A DNA stretch of 64,000 nt from positions 9,404 through 73,403 of the forward strand of contig JBFLWN010000007.1 in the NCBI GenBank assembly GCA_040757555.1, in the 5' to 3' direction. The number at the start of each line of letters is the position of its first letter. Positions within the stretch are counted from its first letter, which is position 1. Source of the DNA: Patescibacteria group bacterium (lineage in GTDB: Bacteria; Patescibacteriota; Minisyncoccia; UBA6257; GWB1-50-10). The translations under genes and the position numbers were made by a program. Shown piece by piece: positions 28,080-37,132 of this stretch. The notes beneath the pieces were generated by a model, which saw only the letters and a program-made list of their open reading frames with translations, had not been told where the DNA came from and did not search any database.

Positions 28080-28664
28080 TTATTTTGATTTATCGACGCG
28101 TTCAACGTAGTCTCCTGTTTGTGTATTGATGCGAATCACATCTCCTTCGTTTACGAAAAGAGGAACATTTACTTTTGCGCCTGTTTCAATTGTCGCAAGT
28201 TTTGTACCACCTTGTGCGGTATTTCCTTTTATGGCTGGTGGGGCTTCAGTTATCTTAAATTCCATTTTTACCGGAAGCTCGATGTCAATTACCTTTTCGC
28301 CGAATTTAAATGCCTTAATTTCGGTATTTTGTTTTAAATACTGTCCACCACTTCCCAACACATCATCGGGGAGGGTAAATCGATTTTTTGGATTTCCAAC
28401 CTCATGGAACCAATATCCGTCTTTATTATGATAGATGAAGTTTGCTAAAAGTGTTTCGATTTCGATTTCATAAAAATCTTCATTTTGGTGTGCGGTATAG
28501 TCCTGACTTTTCCCTGTAATCAGATTTTTTATCTTTAATTGCACCACAGGCTTCCTCTGTTGCATGCGAATAAACGCATATTCCATCACTTTATATGGAT
28601 TTGGGTCGTCGTTTTTGGTGAATACCGTGCCGACTTTAAGCTCAATATATTCAAGTTTTGACAT
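28080..28664 (-). CDS. efp: Elongation factor P
   Basis: 194 aa; N-terminal KOW-like MSKLEYIELKVGTVF...KPVVQLKIKNLITGKS and two OB domains. Confidence 0.9.
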   Translation of the reverse strand: MSKLEYIELKVGTVFTKNDDPNPYKVMEYAFIRMQQRKPVVQLKIKNLITGKSQDYTAHQNEDFYEIEIETLLANFIYHNKDGYWFHEVGNPKNRFTLPDDVLGSGGQYLKQNTEIKAFKFGEKVIDIELPVKMEFKITEAPPAIKGNTAQGGTKLATIETGAKVNVPLFVNEGDVIRINTQTGDYVERVDKSK

Positions 28665-28742
28665 AGATAATAACTACTAGTTTATAAAAGCGACTGTGGT
28701 ATTGTATTGTAAAAGCTAAGAAATTTCAACATAATTGGCTCG

Positions 28743-29858
28743 ATGAGTGAAAATACAAAAAAGCGGGTATTTGTAGGAATGAGTGGGGGAGTTGATAGCT
28801 CCGTTGCGGCATTTTTATTGAAAAAAGAGGGGTATGATGTGACTGGAGTATATATCAATGGGTTTAATGTAGACGGATGTTCAGAGCGCGATGCAGAGGA
28901 TGCGCGCCGTGTTGCCGATCATCTTGGAATTCCATTTTATGTGATTGATGCTCGCGAAGACTATTTTGAATATGTAGTGCAATACATGATCAAAGGATAT
29001 AAAAAGGGACTCACGCCAAATCCTGATGTGATGTGCAATAAGGAAATAAAATTTGGGATTTTTTTAGATAAGGCATTAAAACTTGGAGCGGATTACATCG
29101 CGACTGGTCACTATGTTTGTTTTGAAAAAAAATCAAAACTTTTTGAGGCAAAAGATAAAAATAAAGATCAATCATATTTTTTGTGGACACTCACACAAAA
29201 ACAATTAAAGCATTGTTTATTTCCGGTAGGGGAATACACAAAACCGGAAATTCGGGAGATCGCAAAAAAAGCAAAATTACCGACCGCAGAAAAAAAAGAC
29301 TCACAAGGAATTTGTTTTTTGGGAAAAGTAAAACTCCCCGAATTTTTGAAAGCATATATAAAACCAAAAAGAGGGGATGTGTTGGATACCGAAGGAAATA
29401 AAATTGGAGAACACGAAGGAGTGCAATTTTATACTATTGGACAGAGGCATCTCAATATAATTCAAAAATCAAATCTTAAATCTCAAAAAGGAATAATAGA
29501 TAGGAAGCCATATTATGTTGCGGAAAAAGATGTTAAGAGAAATATACTTATTGCCGCACAAGGAGATACTCATCCCGCATTATTTAAAAAAGAAATTGAG
29601 TTAACCGATGTTCATTTTATTAATACGGAAATCAAATCTCTAATTCGTGCGAATAAGCGAATGGATGTGCTTGTGCGAGTGAGGTATAGGCAACCACTTT
29701 TTAAGGCGACACTTGTATATGATGAAAAGAAATGGAAAGTTTTGTTCAACGACCCGCAAAAATTTGTTGCACCTGGGCAATCCGCGGTGTTTTATGGTAT
29801 AGGTCTCGATGAGAGTGGAAACCATGAGATGCTAGGCGGTGGGGTGATTTTGGAATAA
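28743..29858 (+). CDS. mnmA: tRNA-specific 2-thiouridylase MnmA
   Basis: PP-loop VFVGMSGGVDSSVAA and the conserved Cys of MnmA. Confidence 0.9.
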   Translation: MSENTKKRVFVGMSGGVDSSVAAFLLKKEGYDVTGVYINGFNVDGCSERDAEDARRVADHLGIPFYVIDAREDYFEYVVQYMIKGYKKGLTPNPDVMCNKEIKFGIFLDKALKLGADYIATGHYVCFEKKSKLFEAKDKNKDQSYFLWTLTQKQLKHCLFPVGEYTKPEIREIAKKAKLPTAEKKDSQGICFLGKVKLPEFLKAYIKPKRGDVLDTEGNKIGEHEGVQFYTIGQRHLNIIQKSNLKSQKGIIDRKPYYVAEKDVKRNILIAAQGDTHPALFKKEIELTDVHFINTEIKSLIRANKRMDVLVRVRYRQPLFKATLVYDEKKWKVLFNDPQKFVAPGQSAVFYGIGLDESGNHEMLGGGVILE

Positions 29859-29887
29859 TATTAAACACATAGTGTTGGGTATCTAGT

Positions 29888-31597
29888 ATGGCTGAACCAG
29901 AAATAAAAATTTGCCAAAACTGTAAGCAAGACTTCACCATAGAGAGTGAAGATTTGAGTTTTTATACAAAAATAGGTGTGCCCTCGCCAAAATTATGTCC
30001 ACTATGCCGCGCTCAACGGAGACTTGCATTCCGTAATGAGCGCGTTTTTTATAAGCGGAAATGCGATCGATGCGATAAGAATGTGGTTTCGATGTATAGT
30101 CCCAATAAACCATACCGAGTATGGTGTTACGATTGTTGGTTTTCCGAAGATTGGGATCCTCTTATATACGGGAGAAATTATGATCCAACCAGATCTTTTC
30201 TTGAACAATTTGAGGAGCTTTGGAAAGAGGTTCCAAAAGTCGCGCTTATTCATATGCGAAGCGTGAACTCAGAATATTTAAATATTTCGGCCGATAATAA
30301 GAATTGTTATATGATTGTTGAGTCGTCAAACAATGAGGGATGCGCGCATTGTTATTGGATACAGGAATGCAAAGATTGTGTTGATGTTTCCTTTGCATCA
30401 AAAACTGAACTTTCATATGAAAGCGATGATTGTTATGACTCGTATAAACTGTTTTACAGCAAAGGATGTCATGATTGTAGAGAAAGTTATTTTCTTTTTG
30501 ATTGTAAAGATTGTTCTGATTGTATTGGATGTATGAATTTAAGAAGTAAAAAGTACCATGTGTTTAACCAGCCGCTCACCAAGGAACAATATGAGGAGTT
30601 TTTAAAGACCGCAAGACTTAATACACACGAAGGGGTTGAAGGTGTGAGAAACAAATTTGAGTCGTTTATGAAGACTCAGCCGAAAAAATATGCAGAGATA
30701 TATAACGCGCCGGGATCAAGTGGGGGATATATGAAAAATAGTAAAAACTGCAAACTCTGCTTCCACTGTTATGATTCAGAGGATTCAAAATATGGGGTGC
30801 ACGTGTGGCGAAATGCAAAGGATTGTATGGATGTGGATACCGCGGGAAGAAATGCTGAACGTTTATATAATTCAATGAATGCGGGAATTGATGTTTCAAA
30901 CTACGTTTGTTCAAATCTTTGTTGGACGTGTAGTTTTATGCAGTATTGTTATTATTGTTTTAATTCAAATTTTTGTTTTGGTTCAGTGGGACTTAGAAAA
31001 AAAGAATATTGTATTTTGAACAAAAAATATACAAAAGAAAAGTTCGAGGAATTGCAAAAACAGATTATTGAAGATATGAAAAAAAGAGGGGAATATGGAG
31101 AGTTTTTTCCCGCTCATATGAGTACATTTGGATACAACGAAACGGCAGCACAAGAACAGTTTTCCCTTACAAAAGAAGCAGCAGAAAAACTAGGATTTAA
31201 ATGGGAAGAATATCCACGGGGGACCTATGGGAAAGAGAATATAAAATGGGAGAGTATTTCGGGTACTATAGATCCCTTGACTGCTATATTTGCATGTGTC
31301 TTGTGTTCTAAAAATTATCGCATTATTCCCGCTGAGTTATCGTTTTATGAAAGACTAAACATACCATTTCCACGGCTATGCCCCGATTGTCGACATATGC
31401 GTCGAATTAAGAACCGTGGGCCAAATAGGTTATGGAAACGTACATGTTCGTGTGGAAATAAAAACACGATATATAAAAATAACGCAGTCCATTTTCATGG
31501 AGAGAGTCAATGTCAGAATGAATTTGAAACAAATTTTCTCCCGGAAAACAATGAAGTATTATATTGTGAACAGTGTTATAACCAAGAAGTGGTTTAG
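29888..31597 (+). CDS. Cys-rich multi-zinc-ribbon protein, paralog 5 (divergent subtype)
   Basis: MAEPEIKICQNCKQDF, YCILNKKYTKEKFE, tail YCEQCYNQEVV. Confidence 0.8.
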   Translation: MAEPEIKICQNCKQDFTIESEDLSFYTKIGVPSPKLCPLCRAQRRLAFRNERVFYKRKCDRCDKNVVSMYSPNKPYRVWCYDCWFSEDWDPLIYGRNYDPTRSFLEQFEELWKEVPKVALIHMRSVNSEYLNISADNKNCYMIVESSNNEGCAHCYWIQECKDCVDVSFASKTELSYESDDCYDSYKLFYSKGCHDCRESYFLFDCKDCSDCIGCMNLRSKKYHVFNQPLTKEQYEEFLKTARLNTHEGVEGVRNKFESFMKTQPKKYAEIYNAPGSSGGYMKNSKNCKLCFHCYDSEDSKYGVHVWRNAKDCMDVDTAGRNAERLYNSMNAGIDVSNYVCSNLCWTCSFMQYCYYCFNSNFCFGSVGLRKKEYCILNKKYTKEKFEELQKQIIEDMKKRGEYGEFFPAHMSTFGYNETAAQEQFSLTKEAAEKLGFKWEEYPRGTYGKENIKWESISGTIDPLTAIFACVLCSKNYRIIPAELSFYERLNIPFPRLCPDCRHMRRIKNRGPNRLWKRTCSCGNKNTIYKNNAVHFHGESQCQNEFETNFLPENNEVLYCEQCYNQEVV

Positions 31598-31608
31598 TAA
31601 TTAAAAAG

Positions 31609-33336
31609 ATGAATCAAGAAAATAAAATTTGCCAAAACTGTAAGCAAAACTTCATTATTGAACTTGAGGATTTCGATTTCTACAAAAAAATGGAGGTGCC
31701 GCCTCCGACGTGGTGTCCGGAGTGTAGAAATATGCGCCGCGCACTTTGGAGAAATGAGCTTACACTCTATAAACGACGTTGTAATGTTCCGGGGCATTCG
31801 GAGGAGATAATTTCGATGTATGTGCCGACATCCCCATTAACTGTATATGACAATGAATACTGGTGGAGTGATGCATGGGATCCACTTTCATATGGACGAG
31901 ATTTTGATTTCTCTCGCCCGTTTTTTGAACAACTAAAGGAGCTTATTTATCGCGTACCTGTTGCGGCACGAGCAGATGCAATGGGGGTACAATCTCAGTT
32001 TTGTAATTTTTCTCTCGGGTTTAAAAATTGTTATTTTTCTTCGGCGGGGTGGGCAAATGAGGAGTGTATTTACAGCAATCGTATCGATGATTGTAAAGAT
32101 TCTGGTGATCTTTTTGTTTGTCATACAAATAGTGCGAGCTATGAGAATGTAGATTGTACGGAGTCGTTTAAATTATTTTATAGTACACAATGTAAAAGTT
32201 GCACCGAATCATATTTTCTTTTCGATTGCAGAAATTGCTCCAACTGTATTGGTTGCACGAATTTGCGGAACAAATCATATTTTATTTTTAATAAACCGTA
32301 TTCGAAAGAAGAATATATGCAGAAACTAAAAGATTTTTCATTTGATTCGTATTCGTTTATTCAAAATTTTAAAAAAGAATTTGATGAAAAAAAGAAAAAT
32401 GCAATTCGTCGTTACGCACAAGTCTATAATTGCACCAATGTTATTGGGGATAATGTAGCAGATTCCAGGAATTGTTATCAATGTTTTGATTTGACGGGTG
32501 GTGCAGAAAACGTGAAATACACCCACTGGGGCATTAATGGGTTGAAGGATACATATGATACTGGTCCAGGAACGGGCGGCCATTCCGAACTTATGTATGA
32601 GGGGATAAGTACTGCAAAAAATAATTCACGGTATCGATTTAACGCACTTGTGTGGGAATCTATCGATGTTGAATATAACTGGAATTGCTACAACTGCAGA
32701 AATATTTTTGGATGTTCGGGGTTGCGGAATAAACAATATTGTATTTTAAATCGGCAATATACAAAAGAGGAGTACGAAGCATTTGTGTTAAAAATAAAAG
32801 AACAAATGAATGCAGTTCCGTATATAGATACAAAAGGGAGAATTTATTTATATGGTGAGTTTATGCCCTCTGATTTTGCACCGTTTGCCTTTAATGAAAG
32901 TGTTGCATTTGATTATTGGCCACTAGATGAAGAAAGGGCTATAAATTATGGGTTTAGGTGGGTATCAGTGGATAAGAAACAATATGTGCCAACCATGGAC
33001 GTAGAAAAGATTCCCGACGCAATACATGATGTGTCTGGATCAATTTGTAACGAGATTATTACATGTGAACACAGGGGTGCGTGCTCACATAAATGTCCTG
33101 GCGCATTTCGTGTTGTTCCACAAGAATTAGAATTTTATAAAAAATATGGAATTCCGGTACCGCATCTTTGTTTTAATTGTCGTCATAGCCAAAGACTCAA
33201 AGAGCGGAATCCAATGAAATTATGGCATCGTTTATGTATGAAATCTGGGTGCACCAATGAATTTGAAACCTCCTATACTCCCGAACGACCGGAGATTGTG
33301 TATTGTGAGAGTTGTTACCAAAAAGAAGTCTTTTAA
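31609..33336 (+). CDS. Cys-rich multi-zinc-ribbon protein, paralog 6
   Basis: MNQENKICQNCKQNF, YCILNRQYTKEEYE, tail YCESCYQKEVF. Confidence 0.8.
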   Translation: MNQENKICQNCKQNFIIELEDFDFYKKMEVPPPTWCPECRNMRRALWRNELTLYKRRCNVPGHSEEIISMYVPTSPLTVYDNEYWWSDAWDPLSYGRDFDFSRPFFEQLKELIYRVPVAARADAMGVQSQFCNFSLGFKNCYFSSAGWANEECIYSNRIDDCKDSGDLFVCHTNSASYENVDCTESFKLFYSTQCKSCTESYFLFDCRNCSNCIGCTNLRNKSYFIFNKPYSKEEYMQKLKDFSFDSYSFIQNFKKEFDEKKKNAIRRYAQVYNCTNVIGDNVADSRNCYQCFDLTGGAENVKYTHWGINGLKDTYDTGPGTGGHSELMYEGISTAKNNSRYRFNALVWESIDVEYNWNCYNCRNIFGCSGLRNKQYCILNRQYTKEEYEAFVLKIKEQMNAVPYIDTKGRIYLYGEFMPSDFAPFAFNESVAFDYWPLDEERAINYGFRWVSVDKKQYVPTMDVEKIPDAIHDVSGSICNEIITCEHRGACSHKCPGAFRVVPQELEFYKKYGIPVPHLCFNCRHSQRLKERNPMKLWHRLCMKSGCTNEFETSYTPERPEIVYCESCYQKEVF

Positions 33337-33338
33337 TT

Positions 33339-35081
33339 ATGGACCAAGAAAAAAGAAATTGTCAGAATTGTAAAAATCAATTCGTCATCGAGTCCGAAGA
33401 TTTCGATTTTTACAAAAAAATTGATGTACCGCCTCCGACGTGGTGTCCGGAGTGTAGGGTAGTGCGCAGATTTATATTGAGAAACGAAAGGACAATGTAT
33501 AGAAAAGAATGTGGATTATGTGGAAAAAACACCCTCTCGGTTTACTCTGGTGATTTTGAAAACACAATGTATTGTCATGAATGTTGGATTTCCGATAAAT
33601 GGGATCCACTTGAATATGGTGTCGAGTATGATTTTTCAAAGTCTTTTTTTGAACAATATAAAAAATTATTAAAAAAAGTTCCACTGAGAATGGTGTTTAA
33701 TATCAATATAGAAAATTCTCCATATACCAATTACACAGCACATTCAAAAAATGTCTTTATGTCTTTTTCTGCGTTGCACTCGGAAAATATCTTTTTCTCA
33801 AAGAATCTACAAAGATGCTTTTGGAACGTTGATTGTTTTGATGTAAATGATTCAGAAAATTGTTACGAAGTTATTGAAAGTGAAAAAAATTACAACTCAA
33901 TGTTTTTATATCGTTCCAGAAATTCTATGGATTCTATGTTTTTATTTGACTGTGTAAATTGTAAGGATTGTATTCTATCTTCAAATCTCAGAAATAAACA
34001 ATATATTATAAGAAATAAGCAATGTAAAAAAGAGGAATACGAAAAAGAGAAGCAAAAGATTCTTTCAGGAAGTTATTCTTCCCTTCAGGTATTAATTCAT
34101 GAATATAGAGAGTTAATAAAAAACTCAATACATAAATTTTCGCAGTTCACTAATACACAAAATTGTGTAGGAGATAACCTGATTAACTCGAAAAATGCGC
34201 AGTATTGCTTTAATAGTGATGGAGTTGAAGATGTGAGATATGGATTTAGAATACCAAAAACGAGGGACTCATATGATTTGGCATATTCTGGTCCGAATAT
34301 TGAACTTATGTATGAATTTATCGGGGGTGGGAACGAAGGTGGAAGAAAAACATTTTTTGTAGCATATGGATCAGCTGCTAATGAAGATTGTGTATACGGA
34401 CAATTTTTAAATAATTCTTCTCATCTTTTCGGTTGCGTCGGTCTTACCAACAAACAGTATTGCATCCTGAACAAGCAATACACCAAAGAGGAGTACGAAG
34501 TACTCCTCAAGAAGATCAAACAACACATGTTTGATATGCCCTATATCGACCAGAAAGGCAGGGTCTACACCTATGGTGAATTCTTCCCTCCCGAACTCTC
34601 TCCCTTAGGATACAATGAGACTATTGCCCAGGAATACTTCCCCCTCACCAAGGAACAAGCACTTGCTCAAGGATTCTCCTGGAAAGATCCTGACACCAAG
34701 AACTACACCATCACCAAAAAACCCGACGATCTCCCTGACTCCATCACCGAGGTTTCCGACTCCATCACCGATGAAGTGATTGGGTGTGTACATGCAGGCA
34801 CTTGCACTCACCAGTGCACCACTGCCTTCAAAATCATCCCTCAAGAGCTTGAGTTCTATCGCAGAATGCACCTCCCGCTTCCACGACTCTGCCCCAACTG
34901 CAGACATTATGAACGTCTTGCCCAACGAAATCCCCTGAAGCTCTGGAAGAGGCTGTGCATGTGCGACAAATCAACACACCAACACGAAGGAGTCTGTCCC
35001 AATGAATTCGAAACCTCCTATGCTCCCGAGAGAAAAGAGATAGTCTATTGTGAGCAATGTTATCAGGCGGAGGTGGTGTAG
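33339..35081 (+). CDS. Cys-rich multi-zinc-ribbon protein, paralog 7 (mosaic; 3' third in different codon usage)
   Basis: MDQEKRNCQNCKNQF (start trimmed to the ATG after the paralog 6 stop), YCILNKQYTKEEYE, tail YCEQCYQAEVV. Confidence 0.8.
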   Translation: MDQEKRNCQNCKNQFVIESEDFDFYKKIDVPPPTWCPECRVVRRFILRNERTMYRKECGLCGKNTLSVYSGDFENTMYCHECWISDKWDPLEYGVEYDFSKSFFEQYKKLLKKVPLRMVFNINIENSPYTNYTAHSKNVFMSFSALHSENIFFSKNLQRCFWNVDCFDVNDSENCYEVIESEKNYNSMFLYRSRNSMDSMFLFDCVNCKDCILSSNLRNKQYIIRNKQCKKEEYEKEKQKILSGSYSSLQVLIHEYRELIKNSIHKFSQFTNTQNCVGDNLINSKNAQYCFNSDGVEDVRYGFRIPKTRDSYDLAYSGPNIELMYEFIGGGNEGGRKTFFVAYGSAANEDCVYGQFLNNSSHLFGCVGLTNKQYCILNKQYTKEEYEVLLKKIKQHMFDMPYIDQKGRVYTYGEFFPPELSPLGYNETIAQEYFPLTKEQALAQGFSWKDPDTKNYTITKKPDDLPDSITEVSDSITDEVIGCVHAGTCTHQCTTAFKIIPQELEFYRRMHLPLPRLCPNCRHYERLAQRNPLKLWKRLCMCDKSTHQHEGVCPNEFETSYAPERKEIVYCEQCYQAEVV

Positions 35082-35121
35082 GGGAATGTTTAACGCGTAA
35101 TACAGGGTATAATTATCCAAT

Positions 35122-35439
35122 ATGGAAAAAATAGAATCGGAAAATTTAGGAATAGAAAAGTTTTCTTCTTTTGTAGAGGAATATGAAAATTTAAAGAAGA
35201 GACTCTATGAAATAGATGCAGAAGTTGTGGAAAGGGGCGATGAGGAAGAGATGCTTGATTGGGGTCGTTGGGGAGGTGGTAGAATTGTTAAGGCTGAGTA
35301 TCTGAAAGAGATAGAAGGAGCTATAGAAAATTATAAAAAAGGAATTGATAAAGACTATAACCTCGGGGTTTTAGAGACGTATATTAAATTGGTAAAAGAA
35401 ATGATGCCAAAATGTGAAGAATATAGTAAAAAAAATTAA
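35122..35439 (+). CDS. Hypothetical acidic coiled-coil protein
   Basis: 105-aa ORF between paralogs 7 and 8; no recognisable motif. Confidence 0.35.
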   Translation: MEKIESENLGIEKFSSFVEEYENLKKRLYEIDAEVVERGDEEEMLDWGRWGGGRIVKAEYLKEIEGAIENYKKGIDKDYNLGVLETYIKLVKEMMPKCEEYSKKN

Positions 35440-35443
35440 GATT

Positions 35444-37105
35444 GTGAATCAAGAAACAAAAACATGTCAGAATTGTAAAATCGAGTTCGTCATTGAACCT
35501 GAGGATTTTGATTTTTACAAAAAAATGGGAGTACCGACGCCGAAATTATGTCCCGACTGTAGATTTATCAGAAGAATGTTGTGGAGAAACGAGAGGTCTC
35601 TGTATACACGAAAATGTGATTTGTGTGGGAATTCTATGATAAGCACATATCCGGAATTAACTCCTTACACCGTTTATTGCTGGGATTGCTATCACTTGGA
35701 CAAATGGGATCCAAAAATATATGCAATGGAATATGATTTTTCCCGGTCTTTTTTTGATCAATTTGGTGAATTAATGAAGAAAGTTCCGAAGTCAAATATT
35801 TACTCCGATAATCTTGGAATAAATAGTGAATATATAAATTTTGCGGGATTTAACAAAGACTGTTATCTCATTTTTAACAGCGGACACAATGAAAACTCGA
35901 TGTATTCGCGCGGAATTGCAGAATCGAGAGAAACTGTAGATGGATATTTTTGTAACAATGTTGAAAAAACATATGAAGGAGTGAATGTAAATAAATCAAA
36001 TGGAGTAGTATATGGCCAAAATTCTACGAATGATATTGATTCGTGGTTTATGCTCAATACATCCGGATGTCAAAATTGTTTTGGATGTGTAAATGTGCGT
36101 AATGGTTCCTGTCAGTTTTTTAATCAACAACTTTCCAAAGAGGAATATCAGAAAAGAGTAGGAGAGGTGAGGGGAAGTTATAAGGAAACACAGAAAATGA
36201 TAGAAGATTTCAAGCGTCACGCATCTTTATTTCCCATGCGGGAGAACACAAACATAAAGACGGTTGATTCAACCGGGAATTATCTTTTTGAGTGTAAGAA
36301 TGTAAGGGGTTGTTTTGAGTCGTTTGACTGTGAGGATTGCAAATACTGTCATTTCTTGAAGCATACAAAAGATACCTATGACGCACTTGGATTTGGATAC
36401 GGGTCGGAGCTTTTACTCAATACGGTTGGTGTGGGAAGGGAATCGCAAAGGGTTATTGGCTCAATTCAGGTTTCAAGCTCTCAAAATATTTTTTATTGCG
36501 CTTCTGTGAGGACATCAAACGAGTGTTTCGGATGTGAGGGTTTGAAAAACGGAGAATATTCAATTTTAAATAAACAGTATTCCCCAGAAGAATACAAAAA
36601 AATAAAAAAGCACATTATTGACGAACTTATGAAAAACGGGGAGTATGGACTTTTCTTCCCCCCAGAACTTTCTCCTTTCGCCTATAATGAAACGATTGCG
36701 CAAGAAAATTTTCCACTTACAAAAGAAGATGCGACAAACAGGGGATATGGGTGGAGAGATGAAATTCAAAAAACCACAGGAAAAGAAACATTATTGCCGG
36801 AAAATCTTCCCGATCAGATTAATGACGTTTCCGATTCTGTTACGAATGAAATATTAAAATGCGTGGAATGTTCAAGAAATTATAAAATCATTCCTCCCGA
36901 ACTGTCTTTTTACAGAAAGATGCAAATTTCGGTGCCACGTAAATGTTTTAATTGCAGACACGCTGATCGCGTGTGGCGCCGGGGTCCAATGAAATTATTT
37001 GATCGCGCCTGTACGCACTGTGGGAAGAATATAAAAACTCCTCTTTCGGATGATAGGGCAAAAATTGTTTATTGTGTTGAATGTTATCAGGCGGAGGTGG
37101 TATAA
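35444..37105 (+). CDS. Cys-rich multi-zinc-ribbon protein, paralog 8 (divergent subtype; probable GTG start)
   Basis: VNQETKTCQNCKIEF, EYSILNKQYSPEEYKK, tail YCVECYQAEVV. The ORF-track start 35414 overlaps the upstream ORF, so the GTG at 35444 is preferred. Confidence 0.7.
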   Translation: MNQETKTCQNCKIEFVIEPEDFDFYKKMGVPTPKLCPDCRFIRRMLWRNERSLYTRKCDLCGNSMISTYPELTPYTVYCWDCYHLDKWDPKIYAMEYDFSRSFFDQFGELMKKVPKSNIYSDNLGINSEYINFAGFNKDCYLIFNSGHNENSMYSRGIAESRETVDGYFCNNVEKTYEGVNVNKSNGVVYGQNSTNDIDSWFMLNTSGCQNCFGCVNVRNGSCQFFNQQLSKEEYQKRVGEVRGSYKETQKMIEDFKRHASLFPMRENTNIKTVDSTGNYLFECKNVRGCFESFDCEDCKYCHFLKHTKDTYDALGFGYGSELLLNTVGVGRESQRVIGSIQVSSSQNIFYCASVRTSNECFGCEGLKNGEYSILNKQYSPEEYKKIKKHIIDELMKNGEYGLFFPPELSPFAYNETIAQENFPLTKEDATNRGYGWRDEIQKTTGKETLLPENLPDQINDVSDSVTNEILKCVECSRNYKIIPPELSFYRKMQISVPRKCFNCRHADRVWRRGPMKLFDRACTHCGKNIKTPLSDDRAKIVYCVECYQAEVV

Positions 37106-37132
37106 AAAGGTATATAGTAGTAAGTATTACGT

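Noticed and set aside
34605-34925. 106-aa antisense ORF inside paralog 7
   Set aside because: Created by the locally GC-richer codon usage of the mosaic segment; the sense frame is the conserved family protein.
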